From Verrucomicrobiia bacterium (lineage in GTDB: Bacteria > Verrucomicrobiota > Verrucomicrobiia > Limisphaerales > JAEYXS01), in the NCBI GenBank assembly GCA_036405135.1, contig DASWYF010000025.1:17665-81664 (forward strand): a DNA stretch of 64,000 bases. The letters run 5' to 3'. Below the pieces are notes generated by a model. It did not search any database, was not told the DNA's origin, and was given only the letters and a program-made list of their open reading frames with translations. The position numbers were made by a program, and so were the translations under genes. Positions 7,729 through 19,954 of this stretch are shown piece after piece; positions within the stretch are counted from its first letter, which is position 1; each line of letters opens with the position of its first letter.

Positions 7729-10092
7729 ATGTTTCGCCGCGAGTTTTCTCCGCACGTTTCCAAGGCCTCCGTATTTCAACGTCTGAAAGCCTACGCGGGG
7801 CTCGGTGCCCTCTCTGGTTCCCTGTTAAGCACCACCGCCGCTGATGCCCCCAAGACCTTCGGCTTCGCTGGCAAAGAGATTTACCCCATCGATAGCCAGT
7901 TCAGCCTCCTCCGTTCTGCCGATATCGATGGCGATGGCCTCAACGACCTCATCGTCGTCAACAACTCGCGCTCCAAGATCAACATCCTCTTCAACCAGAC
8001 CGGTAAACCGCCCGAGAAGCGCAAAGAAGTCATCGGTGCTAAAAAAGAGATCAATGAATTGCCCACCGACGCCCGCTTCAAGATCGACGCCATCGCCTCC
8101 GAGAAGCGCATCGCCAGCATCGCGGTAAAAGATTTGAACGGCGATAAAAAGCCGGACATCGCCTACTATGGCGAACCCAAAGAACTCGTCGTCATCCTCA
8201 ACGACGGCAAGAACGGCTGGAGCACCCCCAAGCGCTGGCCCATCGATGACGGTCAGCTCACTCCCAACGGTCTTACCGAGGGCGACATCAACGGCGACAA
8301 ACGCAATGATCTCATCCTCCTGTCCGAGAGCTTCCTTTACGTCCTGAAACAAAAAGAAGATGGCACGCTCGCCGAACCTGAAAAGATTCCCTTCACCGGC
8401 AATGTGAAAGCGCTGCAAGTATTGGACATCAACGGCGATGGTCGCGATGACCTTCTGCTCGTGAATTGGGATAACGCGAACCCTTTCCGCTTCCGTCTGC
8501 AAGACACCGAGGGCAATCTCGGACCTGAGACCCATTTCGAGCAGCCACCCATCCGCTCCTATTGGTCCGATGACCTCGATGGCGATGGCCGTACCGAGAT
8601 CGTCACCATCGCACAAGCCTCCGGCCGCGCGCAGATCTATAACTTCACGCAAAAGAACGCCGAATCCACCCTCGGCCAACTCAAGCTCGGCCAGATGGAA
8701 GTCCTCCCGCTCACGCGCACCGACAAATCCCGTCGCGGCACACTCTGGCTGGATGTGAACAAGGACAAGCGCGATGATCTCATCGTCGCCGAGCCGAACA
8801 GCGGCCAGATCACCGTCTATCTCGCGCAGGCGAAAGGTGGCCTCGGCTCACCTCAAACCTTCCCTTCGCTCGCTGGCGTCACCGATCTCGCCGCTGCCGA
8901 TTGGGATGACGATGGCCAGAAAGAAGTCTTCCTGCTCAGCAGCGATGAACGTCAGATCGGCGTCACCCGCTTCTCCGCGAAAGGCCGCCTTGCCTTTCCT
9001 GAAGTGCTGCCCATCAAGGGTCGCCCCCTCGCCTTCGCCGCCGGCGCCATTTTGAAAGGCGATAAGCAGCAACTCGCCGTCATCGTAGATGACGACGGCA
9101 AACGCAGTCTCCAGTTCCTCACACCGAAAGGCGCACCTGTCACGCACAAGCTCTCCGACAGCTTCAAGTCCAACCCCGCCGCCATGCATCTGCATGACGT
9201 GGATCAGGACGGGCTCACTGATCTGCTTGTGCTCATCCCCTACGAGAAGGTGAAAATCCTCCGTCAGCAGGCGGATGGTAAATTCGAAGAGATCGATGTC
9301 GCCCCTCCTGGCGGCACTATGGAGCAACCTTGGATGGCCACGCTGGATGCCGATGCGGATGGCAAACCCGAACTCCTCCTCGCGCAAAAGAACTTCCTCC
9401 GCGCCGTTGTTCTCGAGCGTGAAGAAAACAAAAACGGCGAAAGCAGCAAAGACACTCTCTGGCGCTTGAAGGTGAAAGAGCAAATCAACGGCTCCGCCGC
9501 GAACTCCCGCATCACCGGTGCCGCCGCAGTTCCTTCAGGCAAAGGCAAAGCCGCCACACTCTTCCTCCTGGATGCCGAACGCAAAGCGCTTACCGTCTGT
9601 GAGCGCAGCGAATCCGGCGTCTGGCAGGCAGTAAAAAATCTCTCCCTCGCCGTTACTGACTTCAACACGCTGTTGCCCATGGCCATGAACGCCACTTCCG
9701 CGAACACACTCTCCCTCATCGGCGCGAACAGCATCGGCTGGCTGAATCCCGCTGGCCAGGTCTGGGAACTCACCGAACTGGACAGCTACGAATCTCCTAT
9801 CAAAGACGCCTACCTCATGGACGTCGTCTCCGGTGATCTGAATAACGACAAGGTGAAAGACCTCGTGTTCCTTGAGACCGGCAAGAACTACATCGACATC
9901 GTCACCTATGAGAAGCCGCACCACCTCTCGCCCGCCAATCGCTGGCAGGTTTTCGAGGAACGCACCTTCCGTGGCCGTCGCGGCGGCCAGCCCGAACCGC
10001 GCGAAGCCGTGGTCATCGACCTCACCGGCGATGGCAAGAACGACCTCGCCATCATCGTCCATGACCGCATCATCGTTTACCCGCAGGAATAA
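7729..10092 (+). CDS. FG-GAP/VCBS-repeat exported protein
   Basis: It contains repeated Ca-binding-like DxDGDGxxD motifs: DIDGDGLNDLIVVNN, DLNGDKKPDIAY, DINGDKRNDLIL, DINGDGRDDLLLVN, DLDGDGRTEIV, DVDQDGLTDLLV and DLTGDGKNDLAI. Confidence 0.85.
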   Translation: MFRREFSPHVSKASVFQRLKAYAGLGALSGSLLSTTAADAPKTFGFAGKEIYPIDSQFSLLRSADIDGDGLNDLIVVNNSRSKINILFNQTGKPPEKRKEVIGAKKEINELPTDARFKIDAIASEKRIASIAVKDLNGDKKPDIAYYGEPKELVVILNDGKNGWSTPKRWPIDDGQLTPNGLTEGDINGDKRNDLILLSESFLYVLKQKEDGTLAEPEKIPFTGNVKALQVLDINGDGRDDLLLVNWDNANPFRFRLQDTEGNLGPETHFEQPPIRSYWSDDLDGDGRTEIVTIAQASGRAQIYNFTQKNAESTLGQLKLGQMEVLPLTRTDKSRRGTLWLDVNKDKRDDLIVAEPNSGQITVYLAQAKGGLGSPQTFPSLAGVTDLAAADWDDDGQKEVFLLSSDERQIGVTRFSAKGRLAFPEVLPIKGRPLAFAAGAILKGDKQQLAVIVDDDGKRSLQFLTPKGAPVTHKLSDSFKSNPAAMHLHDVDQDGLTDLLVLIPYEKVKILRQQADGKFEEIDVAPPGGTMEQPWMATLDADADGKPELLLAQKNFLRAVVLEREENKNGESSKDTLWRLKVKEQINGSAANSRITGAAAVPSGKGKAATLFLLDAERKALTVCERSESGVWQAVKNLSLAVTDFNTLLPMAMNATSANTLSLIGANSIGWLNPAGQVWELTELDSYESPIKDAYLMDVVSGDLNNDKVKDLVFLETGKNYIDIVTYEKPHHLSPANRWQVFEERTFRGRRGGQPEPREAVVIDLTGDGKNDLAIIVHDRIIVYPQE

Positions 10093-10122
10093 CTCGGCTC
10101 GTCACTCAGTCCACTTAAAAAC

Positions 10123-10158
10123 AAAAAGGCCGCCCAGAAATGGACGGCCTTTTGTTTT
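10123..10158. terminator. Bidirectional rho-independent terminator between convergent genes
   Basis: In AAAAAGGCCGCCCAGAAATGGACGGCCTTTTGTTTT, the stem is GGCCG.CCA/TGG.CGGCC with a GAAA loop. An A-run lies upstream and a T-run downstream. Confidence 0.7.
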
Positions 10159-10176
10159 GCATGAGTAGAGTCAAAC

Positions 10177-12456
<2,280 letters not shown>

Positions 12457-12521
12457 TTAAAACCAGACAAAACCGGTGTTTGCGATATCCCTATCAAACC
12501 ATCCCGGTCTCAATAGTTGAA

Positions 12522-12558
12522 ATACTTGTTTCCTTATCCAACGATAGGAAACACCTAT
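12522..12558 (-). promoter_or_regulatory. Candidate LysR/OxyR-type operator about 100 nt upstream of katG
   Basis: In katG orientation it reads ATAGGTGTTTCCTATCGTTGGATAAGGAAACAAGTAT. The first half is a perfect ATAG-N7-CTAT and the second half is degenerate. It also forms the palindrome GTTTCCTTATC-N4-GATAGGAAAC. Confidence 0.3.
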
Positions 12559-12605
12559 ACACCTGCAAAACTAGGAACAGACCTCACGACGCCCAGCGGT
12601 TGAAG

Positions 12606-14108
12606 TCACTTCCCATAGTCGGCACCGGTGAGGCTCTTGAGCGTTGATTGTTGCCACTCCCGGAGCTGGGCTTGGAGTTTACGGGCGGTGTCCGGCCGCT
12701 CGTTAAACAGGTTCTGTTTTTCAGCCGGATCCGCTTTCAGGTCAAAGAGTTCCTGCCGCAGCACGTCATCCTTCCCTTCGTGAACCACCAGCTTGAAATT
12801 CCCATCGAGGATCGCGCGCGGTCCCCGATAATCCAGTTCTGTGATGGCCGGGTGCCGGTAGTTGGTAAAATCGCGGGTCGCTTTGCCACCCTGCAATTTG
12901 ACCAGCGGAGTGGTTCCGGCCTGGAGCTTGGGATCAATATACGGCTCAGGCTTGCTGCCGGCGAATCGGGAGGTGTTGTATTCCCAGAAATATAAGGGAC
13001 TGGATCGCACCTGGAGCTTGTCTGTCAAAACCGGACTGAGATCCACGCCATCCAGCGGTCGGGAGGGCAAGGGTTGGCCGGCGAGAGCACACAGCGTGGG
13101 CAAAAGATCGCTGGTGGACGCGCGGAAATCGGTGACCCGTGGTTTGGGGATGCGGGCGGGCCACTCGATGATTCCCGGCACCAGGATGCCGCCCTCGTAC
13201 ACCTGCCCTTTGACACCGCGATGGGGAAATCCCAAGGCAGCGTCCGCTGAGGTGCCATTATCCCCGCAGTAAAAGATCAACGTATTTTCCCTCAGGCCTT
13301 GCGCCGCCAGATGCTTGCGCAAGGTACCGATGGCCCGGTCCATCGCGGTGATCTCAGCATAACGTTCGCGCAAGACCTCGCCCTGTGGCCGTGTCACCGC
13401 CCCGCCAGTCTCGTTGGAGGTCAGCTTGACGGGCTTTTTGTATTTGCCGGGCAGATCATCATACAGGGCCAGATCGGCGGAGCCTCCACTGTAAGGTTCG
13501 TGTGGTGAACCAAACCAGACGACGGTCAGGAAAGGCTGCTTTGCCTGCGTTGCCGCATCGATAAAACGAATCGTCTCGTTGACCAGGACTTCCGAGCTTT
13601 CTCCTTTGAAGACTTCCGGCGCACCGCCGTTCCGTGAGAGGGACGGGTTCAGTTCGAAAAAATTGTCATGCGAAAGCCATTCGTGAAACCCCATCGCCCC
13701 GGGACTTACAGGCGACTCCTGCTTCACCGCTCCAACATGCCATTTACCAAAATGGCCGCAGCGATAGCCGGCATTCCGGAGAATCTGCGCTATGGTCACC
13801 TCTTGCGGACGGAAGGACCAGCCGGGGGCGAATGTGCCCATCCGGTTCGGATGCCGGCCGGTCAGGAAGCTGGCTCGGGTCGGGGAACAGCTCGGGTGCG
13901 CAGCATAGAACCGGTCAAAGCGGAGACCGGATCGTGCCATCTCATCGAGCACGGGTGTTTTTACATGCGGATGCCCGTTGTACCCGGTCTCCTCCCAACC
14001 ATGATCATCACCCATCATAAGGATGATATTCGGGCGCTCCGGTTTGTCCGCGCCGAACAGGTTCAACGCCAGAACAGAAACGCACAGCACCAAGCAAAGG
14101 GATTTCAT
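12606..14108 (-). CDS. Sulfatase (formylglycine-type, arylsulfatase A family)
   Basis: It carries the sulfatase signature CSPTRASFLTGRHP and the N-terminal NIILMMGDDHGW motif. The start was moved to the internal ATG at 14108, which gives the signal peptide MKSLCLVLCVSVLALNLFG. Confidence 0.9.
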   Translation of the reverse strand: MKSLCLVLCVSVLALNLFGADKPERPNIILMMGDDHGWEETGYNGHPHVKTPVLDEMARSGLRFDRFYAAHPSCSPTRASFLTGRHPNRMGTFAPGWSFRPQEVTIAQILRNAGYRCGHFGKWHVGAVKQESPVSPGAMGFHEWLSHDNFFELNPSLSRNGGAPEVFKGESSEVLVNETIRFIDAATQAKQPFLTVVWFGSPHEPYSGGSADLALYDDLPGKYKKPVKLTSNETGGAVTRPQGEVLRERYAEITAMDRAIGTLRKHLAAQGLRENTLIFYCGDNGTSADAALGFPHRGVKGQVYEGGILVPGIIEWPARIPKPRVTDFRASTSDLLPTLCALAGQPLPSRPLDGVDLSPVLTDKLQVRSSPLYFWEYNTSRFAGSKPEPYIDPKLQAGTTPLVKLQGGKATRDFTNYRHPAITELDYRGPRAILDGNFKLVVHEGKDDVLRQELFDLKADPAEKQNLFNERPDTARKLQAQLREWQQSTLKSLTGADYGK

Positions 14109-14200
14109 AGGGATATGAGCCACCACTGTCTCGCAATTTCCAAGGCAGTCAACGCTGCTGAGCAACCGCCTGAATATGCATAGGGGAAAGTGGAAAGAAA

Positions 14201-14274
14201 TGGAGCGGGTGAAGGGAATCGAACCCTCGTTTCAGGCTTGGGAAGCCCACGTTCTACCATTGAACCACACCCGC
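14201..14274 (-). tRNA. tRNA-Gly (anticodon CCC)
   Basis: The reverse complement is GCGGGTGTGGTTCAATGGTAGAACGTGGGCTTCCCAAGCCTGAAACGAGGGTTCGATTCCCTTCACCCGCTCCA. It has the acceptor stem GCGGGTG/CACCCGC, D-loop AATGGTA, anticodon loop TTCCCAA, T-loop TTCGATT, discriminator U and an encoded CCA. Confidence 0.93.
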
Positions 14275-14373
14275 TTCCGGCTGACGTCAGATTGGTTAGC
14301 AGCTTCGTTCACCGCTGGCAATGCCCGTTTTCCATTGTGAAGCGCTGGCCTCCCGCCTATACACAGCGCACTT

Positions 14374-15297
14374 ATGCAACGTCTGCTCGCGCACGCCACC
14401 AATCTGTTTCCCGTTTGGGTGCTGGCCGGAGGCTTGCTCGCGCTGGTGCATCCGCCGCTCTTCACGTGGTTCGATAGCAATCTCATCGTGCTCGGCCTGG
14501 CGATCATCATGTTGGGCATGGGCGTGACGCTGACGTTCCAAGATTTCAAAGACGTGCTGAAGATGCCGCGTCCGATCGCCGTGGGATTCTTCGCACAATT
14601 CTCAATCATGCCCTTTCTCGGCTGGAGCGTGGCGAGAATGTTAGAGCTTCCGACGCCTTTTGCCGTAGGCTTGATCCTGGTCTCCTGCTGTCCGGGCGGA
14701 ACGGCCTCGAACGTGGTGACGTTTCTCGCCCGTGCGAACGTCGCTTTGTCGGTGCTGATGACGATGTGCACCACGTTTGCCGCCGTTTTCATGACGCCAT
14801 TGCTGACCAAATGGCTCGCCGGAACTTTGATCCATGTGGATGCTTGGGGCCTGTTCTTCAGCACGGTGCAAGTGGTCATCCTTCCGGTCGTCATCGGGCT
14901 GCTGGCGAATCATTATTCACCGAAACTGGTAAATTCGATCCAGCCTGTAGCCCCGCTCATCTCAGTAGTTACCATTGCATTGATCTGTGCGAGCATCATC
15001 GGCCAGAGCGCAACGGCGGTCAAAGACTCAGCAGGGAAACTGATTCTTGCAGTGTTTCTCTTGCATGCGCTGGGCTTTTTGCTCGGGTACCTTTTCGCCC
15101 GCATCTTGGGTTATGACAAACAAGTGTGCCGTACCGTTTCTATCGAAGTGGGCATGCAAAACTCCGGTCTCGGCGTTGTGCTTGCAAAGAAACATTTCCC
15201 CGCTGAACCGCTCACGGCCGTGCCTTGCGCCATTTCCAGTGTTTTCCATTCCGTCATCGGCAGTGTGCTGGCGGGCATCTGGCGCTGGCGCAACTGA
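14374..15297 (+). CDS. Bile acid:sodium symporter (BASS) family transporter
   Basis: It is a multi-pass membrane protein reading ...NLFPVWVLAGGLLALVHPPLF...IIMLGMGVTLTFQDFKDVLKMPRPI...LILVSCCPGGTASNVVTFLARANVALSV..., which is typical of the SBF/BASS family. Confidence 0.85.
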   Translation: MQRLLAHATNLFPVWVLAGGLLALVHPPLFTWFDSNLIVLGLAIIMLGMGVTLTFQDFKDVLKMPRPIAVGFFAQFSIMPFLGWSVARMLELPTPFAVGLILVSCCPGGTASNVVTFLARANVALSVLMTMCTTFAAVFMTPLLTKWLAGTLIHVDAWGLFFSTVQVVILPVVIGLLANHYSPKLVNSIQPVAPLISVVTIALICASIIGQSATAVKDSAGKLILAVFLLHALGFLLGYLFARILGYDKQVCRTVSIEVGMQNSGLGVVLAKKHFPAEPLTAVPCAISSVFHSVIGSVLAGIWRWRN

Positions 15298-15336
15298 TTG
15301 AGCACGGCAAAGTTTTAGTCTATCAATTTCCCTGCA

Positions 15337-16158
15337 ATGGACGTTTACGAACATAATCGCGAGGCATGGGATGCGCGCGTTCGAGAGAAGAAGCGCCACA
15401 CTTCCGTGGCCACGGAAGAAGATTTCCGCAATCCCCTGCTCGCCCTGGATCGCATCGGTTGGTTGCCGCAACCCATCGCGGGCAAGCGTGTGCTCTGTCT
15501 CGGCAGTGGCGGCGGAAGACAAGGTCCGCTCTTCGCCGCTGTGGGTTCGATTGTGACGGTGGTGGACATCAGCCCGGCCATGCTGGAGCAAGACCATGCG
15601 GTGGCTAAGCAACGCGGGCTCAAGCTCGAAACGCTCGCAGCGTCCATGGATGATTTGTCACAGCTTGCATCAGCTACCTTCGATGTGGTGGTGCAACCTG
15701 TGAGCACATGTTACGTGCCAGACATTCGCAAGGTTTACCATGAAGTGGCGCGCGTAACGAAACCAGGTGGTATGTATATGAGCAAGCACAAGCAGCCGCT
15801 CAATTTGCAAGCGACGCTCAAGCCGACACCTTATGGTTACGTGGTGCAGGAGGAGTATTATCGCCAAGGACCGTTACCTGAGAGCGCGCCCAGTGTGCAT
15901 CGTGAAGCCGGCACGATGGAGTTCGTGCATCGCTGGGGCGATCTGCTCGGCGGCCTGTGCAAGGCCGGCTTCATCATCGAAGAAGTGATGGAGCCGCGCT
16001 ATACGGAGAAGGATGCCGCGCACGGCAGCTTCAGCCATCGCTCGGCGTTCATACCGCCTTACATCGAACTGAAAGCGCGTCGTCTGGAGACGAAAGCTGA
16101 CAGTGGCCCCAAGATCTGGACACCGCAGATGGGCATCGATGCGTTGAAGAATTCCTGA
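15337..16158 (+). CDS. Class I SAM-dependent methyltransferase
   Basis: It has the motif I sequence VLCLGSGGGRQGPLFAAVGSIVTVVDIS and the post-I/II segment FDVVVQPVSTCYVPD...KPGGMY. Confidence 0.8.
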   Translation: MDVYEHNREAWDARVREKKRHTSVATEEDFRNPLLALDRIGWLPQPIAGKRVLCLGSGGGRQGPLFAAVGSIVTVVDISPAMLEQDHAVAKQRGLKLETLAASMDDLSQLASATFDVVVQPVSTCYVPDIRKVYHEVARVTKPGGMYMSKHKQPLNLQATLKPTPYGYVVQEEYYRQGPLPESAPSVHREAGTMEFVHRWGDLLGGLCKAGFIIEEVMEPRYTEKDAAHGSFSHRSAFIPPYIELKARRLETKADSGPKIWTPQMGIDALKNS

Positions 16159-16172
16159 CTTAAAGCTCCTTG

Positions 16173-17186
16173 TCAGTTGACCCGCGGATCGCGGACAAAC
16201 GGATTGGTGGGCTGATTGTATTGCTGCGGCTGGTTGGGCGGCTGCGGCACGACGATGACCGGCGGGGTCAGGACTTGCTGGATAAAGTACTCAGGATAAA
16301 ATGGTCGCAAGGCCTCTTCCACTGCCGCATCGGCGGCACGCATCGAGGCTTCTGCCTTTAACCGCTCCGTTTCTGCCGCCTGAATCTTCAAGTCTTCCTC
16401 CAGTTTAGATTTGCGGCGCTCTTCTGTCAGTTTTGCATATTCCACCATCATCTTGGCGCGGATCTCTGCGTTCTTCTTCTCGACTTCCGCGCGGGCCGCG
16501 AGATTGGCGCGATACTTCTGCTCCGCGACTTGTGCCTGCCGGTCTATCTCCGATTGAGCAGCCACCGATGCTTCGCGGTTCAAGCCAAGGTGCAGGAGCA
16601 CGCCAGGATGCAACTCATCCACATCATAAGCAACTGCCCGCCCCTCACTGGATTTGAAAACAAAACGACGGCCGAATTGCGTGCGAAATTCCGCATCTGT
16701 CGCCAGTATTTTTCCGCCAGGCCCCATCAACTTCGGGAATGTCAGTATCTTCTGCTCTTTTTTCCCGCTGGTGGCGGTGGTGACCGTTTTCGGCTCGGGG
16801 ACCTCGGCTTTTAACGCGCTTAAGTCTGAATTCTTTTTCACCTCTGCCGCCAGCGCTTGAGCCTCGATCTGGCGCTTGGCTTCGTAGGCTTCCACCTTGA
16901 GCCTGGCCGACTCCAATTCGTTGGTCGCGGCGGCCAATTGCTCCTGCAGATGGGACGCACGTTCCGTCGCCTGCTTTTGCGCAGCCTCGGCCTGTGCTTG
17001 CTGCTGCTTCTGCATGGCCGTCTGATCGTGCAACAAGGCACGCTCCGTCATCCACGCCTGCTCCAATTTTTGCTGTCGATGGAGCAGGAAACCCATGCCT
17101 GCCACGAGCAATATCGCGATGATGATCGTTATTGTCTGTTTGCTGCCCATGAGATGCTTGGACGAGATTGAAAACTTACTCTTCAA
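16173..17186 (-). CDS. Membrane-anchored coiled-coil protein (hypothetical)
   Basis: It has a single N-terminal TM helix (TITIIIAILLVAGMGFLL) followed by Q/A/E/K-rich coiled-coil segments and a P/Q-rich tail. Confidence 0.6.
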   Translation of the reverse strand: MKSKFSISSKHLMGSKQTITIIIAILLVAGMGFLLHRQQKLEQAWMTERALLHDQTAMQKQQQAQAEAAQKQATERASHLQEQLAAATNELESARLKVEAYEAKRQIEAQALAAEVKKNSDLSALKAEVPEPKTVTTATSGKKEQKILTFPKLMGPGGKILATDAEFRTQFGRRFVFKSSEGRAVAYDVDELHPGVLLHLGLNREASVAAQSEIDRQAQVAEQKYRANLAARAEVEKKNAEIRAKMMVEYAKLTEERRKSKLEEDLKIQAAETERLKAEASMRAADAAVEEALRPFYPEYFIQQVLTPPVIVVPQPPNQPQQYNQPTNPFVRDPRVN

Positions 17187-17244
17187 CCTGTCCCCATAGA
17201 GGTAAAGTCCCTTTGCCCGCGCCTGCTGTCAACCCCGGGAAAAA

Positions 17245-17433
17245 CTAGGCCCTCTCCCAATGACCGTCATCATGATGAACGACGACTTGGACGCCGGATA
17301 TGTAGAATCGGATGCAGAAGAGGAAGGCACTGGTGCGGTTCGGAAAGCTCATGGCTTCCGCTTCATCCGGCACCCATCTGCCCAAGTCACTGAGAAATTG
17401 GTTCGTGACTTCCTGACGGACAAGTATTTTCAC
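17245..17433 (-). CDS. Small hypothetical protein (62 aa)
   Basis: It is a track ORF with plausible codon usage, but the competing + strand ORF 17260-17529 cannot be excluded. Confidence 0.3.
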   Translation of the reverse strand: MKILVRQEVTNQFLSDLGRWVPDEAEAMSFPNRTSAFLFCIRFYISGVQVVVHHDDGHWERA

Positions 17434-17629
17434 GATTTCATTTTCCAGCTGATTCTCCGTATTCCAGAGAAGTGCCCCCGGCGCGGCGGGCGCCGCTACC
17501 GGGGGCTATCGCCAAGGAGACACACTTGATGAGACTAGCCTAAAGCATGCCAACCCCAGAAATGACAATCAATCTGATGTCTGAAAAATGGCCCTAGAAC
17601 TTTTTTGATGCAACCGGGTAAAAAGACGC

Positions 17630-18370
17630 TTACTTGAAGCTCAGCAGCAGCGTACGGATGCTCAACAAGATGATCAGCACCCCCACTGTAATCATAAGTT
17701 TCTTGGCTGGAATATGTTTCACCACGTAAGCGGCCACAGGAGCCGCCGCCACACCACCGATGATCAATCCCAGAACTACCGGTCCATGTTTCAAACCCAA
17801 GAACGCCGTAAACGTGGCCGCTTGGGCAATGGTGACAAAGAACTCGGCTGTATTCACAGAACCGATGGCGGTTCTCGGCTCACGTCCGCCAGCCAATAGT
17901 GTAGAAGTCACAATAGGACCCCAGCCGCCGCCACCGATGGCATCCATAAACGCGCCAAAGAACCCCAGCGCTGACACATGATGATGCTTCTCTTCCTTAT
18001 GTACCGGTCGTTTGAAAGCCTTCTTGATGATCACCGCGCCCATGATAAGGAGATAGATGGCGATGTAGGGCTTGATCTTGTCTCCGTCCAAGTTAGTCAG
18101 GATATAAGCCCCTAAGACACCGCCGATTACGCCGGGAAATACCAGCCGGTGAAAAAGCTTTTTATCGACGTTCCCCAGCTTGAGATGAGCCAAGCCGGAG
18201 ACGCCCGTGGTGAAGACTTCAGCCGTCTTCACACTGGCAGCCGCGGCTGCGGGGGCGATTCCGACACTGAGCAGGAAAGTATTGCAACTGACGCCATAGG
18301 CCATGCCCAAGGCACCATCAATCATCTGCGCGATCAAACCGACCAGCGCGCATGTAAGAAACATCTGCAC
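17630..18370 (-). CDS. TauE/SafE-family anion exporter (sulfite exporter-like permease)
   Basis: It is a 246-aa multi-pass membrane protein reading ...LVGLIAQMIDGALGMAYGVSCNTFLLSVGI...AEVFTTGVSGLAHLKLGNVDKKLF..., the characteristic DUF81/TauE pattern. Confidence 0.85.
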   Translation of the reverse strand: MQMFLTCALVGLIAQMIDGALGMAYGVSCNTFLLSVGIAPAAAAASVKTAEVFTTGVSGLAHLKLGNVDKKLFHRLVFPGVIGGVLGAYILTNLDGDKIKPYIAIYLLIMGAVIIKKAFKRPVHKEEKHHHVSALGFFGAFMDAIGGGGWGPIVTSTLLAGGREPRTAIGSVNTAEFFVTIAQAATFTAFLGLKHGPVVLGLIIGGVAAAPVAAYVVKHIPAKKLMITVGVLIILLSIRTLLLSFK

Positions 18371-18574
18371 TCTGAGGATTTCCCAACAGCGGAGCGCAGA
18401 GAATACGGTTAATCAGACTCGAATCAATGGGTATTTTCGCCAGGCTGGGGAAAAATTAACCGCCCCGCCTGACCTGCTTTAAAGCCGGAGGATCAGCACC
18501 TTGCAGGCATGCAAAACACTGCAATCATTTACCTCTCCCCTGCGAATTGCAATCGCATCTCCGCTCCGTTCCGC

Positions 18575-18614
18575 AAAAAATAAACTGGGGCGCCCCGTTT
18601 ACCGAGACGCCCCC
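18575..18614 (-). terminator. Rho-independent terminator after the DUF1080-type gene
   Basis: On the minus strand the sequence is GGGGGCGTCTCGGTAAACGGGGCGCCCCAGTTTATTTTTT, a GC stem (GGGGCG/CGCCCC) followed by a T-run. Confidence 0.55.
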
Positions 18615-18636
18615 TACACATTTTGTCCTGAAAAGC

Positions 18637-19389
18637 CTACTTCAACTCTTTGATCCGCACGTTCTTGAACTGAACAGTCATCGGCGGGCCCACGTGGATC
18701 TGAAGGGCAAGGATGCCTTCTTTGGCACGTTTATCTGCATCTTCATCCGTCACATCCACAGTTTGTTTGCCGTTGATGAAGTGCTGGAGGTGGTTGCCTT
18801 TGGCGATGACCACGTAGTCATTCCAGTCCTCGTTCTTGATGCCTGCCTGGATCTCATCGGATTTGCCGACTTCGCCAGTCACCTGCACATCGGCTTTCTT
18901 CACTTTCTTGCCTTTTTGATCCACTTCCACCTCCGGCTTCACCGTGGTCTTCTGCCCCCGCTGGGCGAGGATGCCTCGACCGCGTTCCTCGTAGAGGATG
19001 CCGCTGTAGGTCTTGCCGGCTTCGAAATCTGCCTGATAACCACCGACGATCGGACCGAAGTCACCTTGTGAGAGTTCCTTGCTGCGGTATTGGATGCCAG
19101 AGTTGCCCGCGACGATCTTGTAGGAGAGGCGCAGTTCGAAATCGCTCACGTTGCCGTTCGTATAGACGAGGAACGTGTTGTGTTTAAGCACGGATTTCTT
19201 CGCGTCAGCGGGATCGGCAGGCGTCTTGCCAGTGATGGCGCCGTCTTGCACGGACCAGAGTTCCGGGTTACCGCGCCAACCGGTCAGGTCTTTGCCGTTG
19301 AAGATGGGCTTGAAGCCTTTTTCCACATCCGCGGCGGAAAGTGAAAGCGCGGTTGCCGTGAGCGCAACAAAAGTGAGCAGAGATTTCAT
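18637..19389 (-). CDS. DUF1080-type (3-keto-disaccharide hydrolase-like) exported protein
   Basis: It has a signal peptide followed by FKPIFNGKDLTGWRGNPELWSVQDGAITGK...FELRLSYKI...GNSGIQYRS...NDYVVIAKGNHLQHFINGKQTVDVTD...GILALQIHVGPPMTVQFKNVRIKEL. Confidence 0.85.
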   Translation of the reverse strand: MKSLLTFVALTATALSLSAADVEKGFKPIFNGKDLTGWRGNPELWSVQDGAITGKTPADPADAKKSVLKHNTFLVYTNGNVSDFELRLSYKIVAGNSGIQYRSKELSQGDFGPIVGGYQADFEAGKTYSGILYEERGRGILAQRGQKTTVKPEVEVDQKGKKVKKADVQVTGEVGKSDEIQAGIKNEDWNDYVVIAKGNHLQHFINGKQTVDVTDEDADKRAKEGILALQIHVGPPMTVQFKNVRIKELK

Positions 19390-19449
19390 ATATGGTTCGC
19401 TGCTCTTATAGACGGAATCGGGCGGCTGGCAATTCAGGAATAGACCTAT

Positions 19450-19899
19450 CTATTCCCGCAGAAACTCCAAACCGTATTTCTCTCCAATCGCGATCACTTG
19501 CGGGATATTCTGCTGCTGCTCCTCCGCACTCATCGCGCCGACTTCTTCGAAGAAACCTTCAAAGCCTGCGGGCGTGATGGTCACGAGCATACGGTTATCA
19601 CCGGGGCCGCTGGCTTCAAAGCGATGCGGCACGCCTTGGGGAAGATGCGCCACCATGCCAGGTGTGAGTTTATATTCCGTTCCGGCGCAGATGACTTTGA
19701 ATTCGCCGCTGATGCAGTAGAACGTCTCGTTCTCGCGATGGTGGATGTGCATCGGCGGACCTTTGCCCGCCAGACCGCCTACGGAAACTTGGGAATACAG
19801 CCCCTTGGTGTCCTTACCGTGGACTTTCACCAAAACCTCATCGCCCAACACCAAGTAGCGGGTGCCACCTTCGGGCGGTTGAATGATCGCCTTGCTCAT
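19450..19899 (-). CDS. Cupin-domain protein
   Basis: It has the cupin motifs PPMHIHHRENETFYCISGEF and GMVAHLPQGVPHRF. The start was moved to the internal ATG at 19899 (MSKAIIQPPEGG...), which removes the overlap with the upstream gene. Confidence 0.75.
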   Translation of the reverse strand: MSKAIIQPPEGGTRYLVLGDEVLVKVHGKDTKGLYSQVSVGGLAGKGPPMHIHHRENETFYCISGEFKVICAGTEYKLTPGMVAHLPQGVPHRFEASGPGDNRMLVTITPAGFEGFFEEVGAMSAEEQQQNIPQVIAIGEKYGLEFLRE

Positions 19900-19954
19900 C
19901 GTGCGGCACACGATAGCGAAAGAGGAACGGGCTGAAAAGTTTTCTCGGGCAGAA

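Noticed and set aside
14190-14290. tRNA-Gly as an integration hotspot or genomic-island border
   Set aside because: There is no integrase, no duplicated tRNA 3' end and no compositional break that I could see on either side. The neighbours are ordinary sulfatase and transporter genes.
14232-14894. 220-aa minus-strand ORF
   Set aside because: It overlaps tRNA-Gly and is antisense to the well-supported BASS transporter gene.
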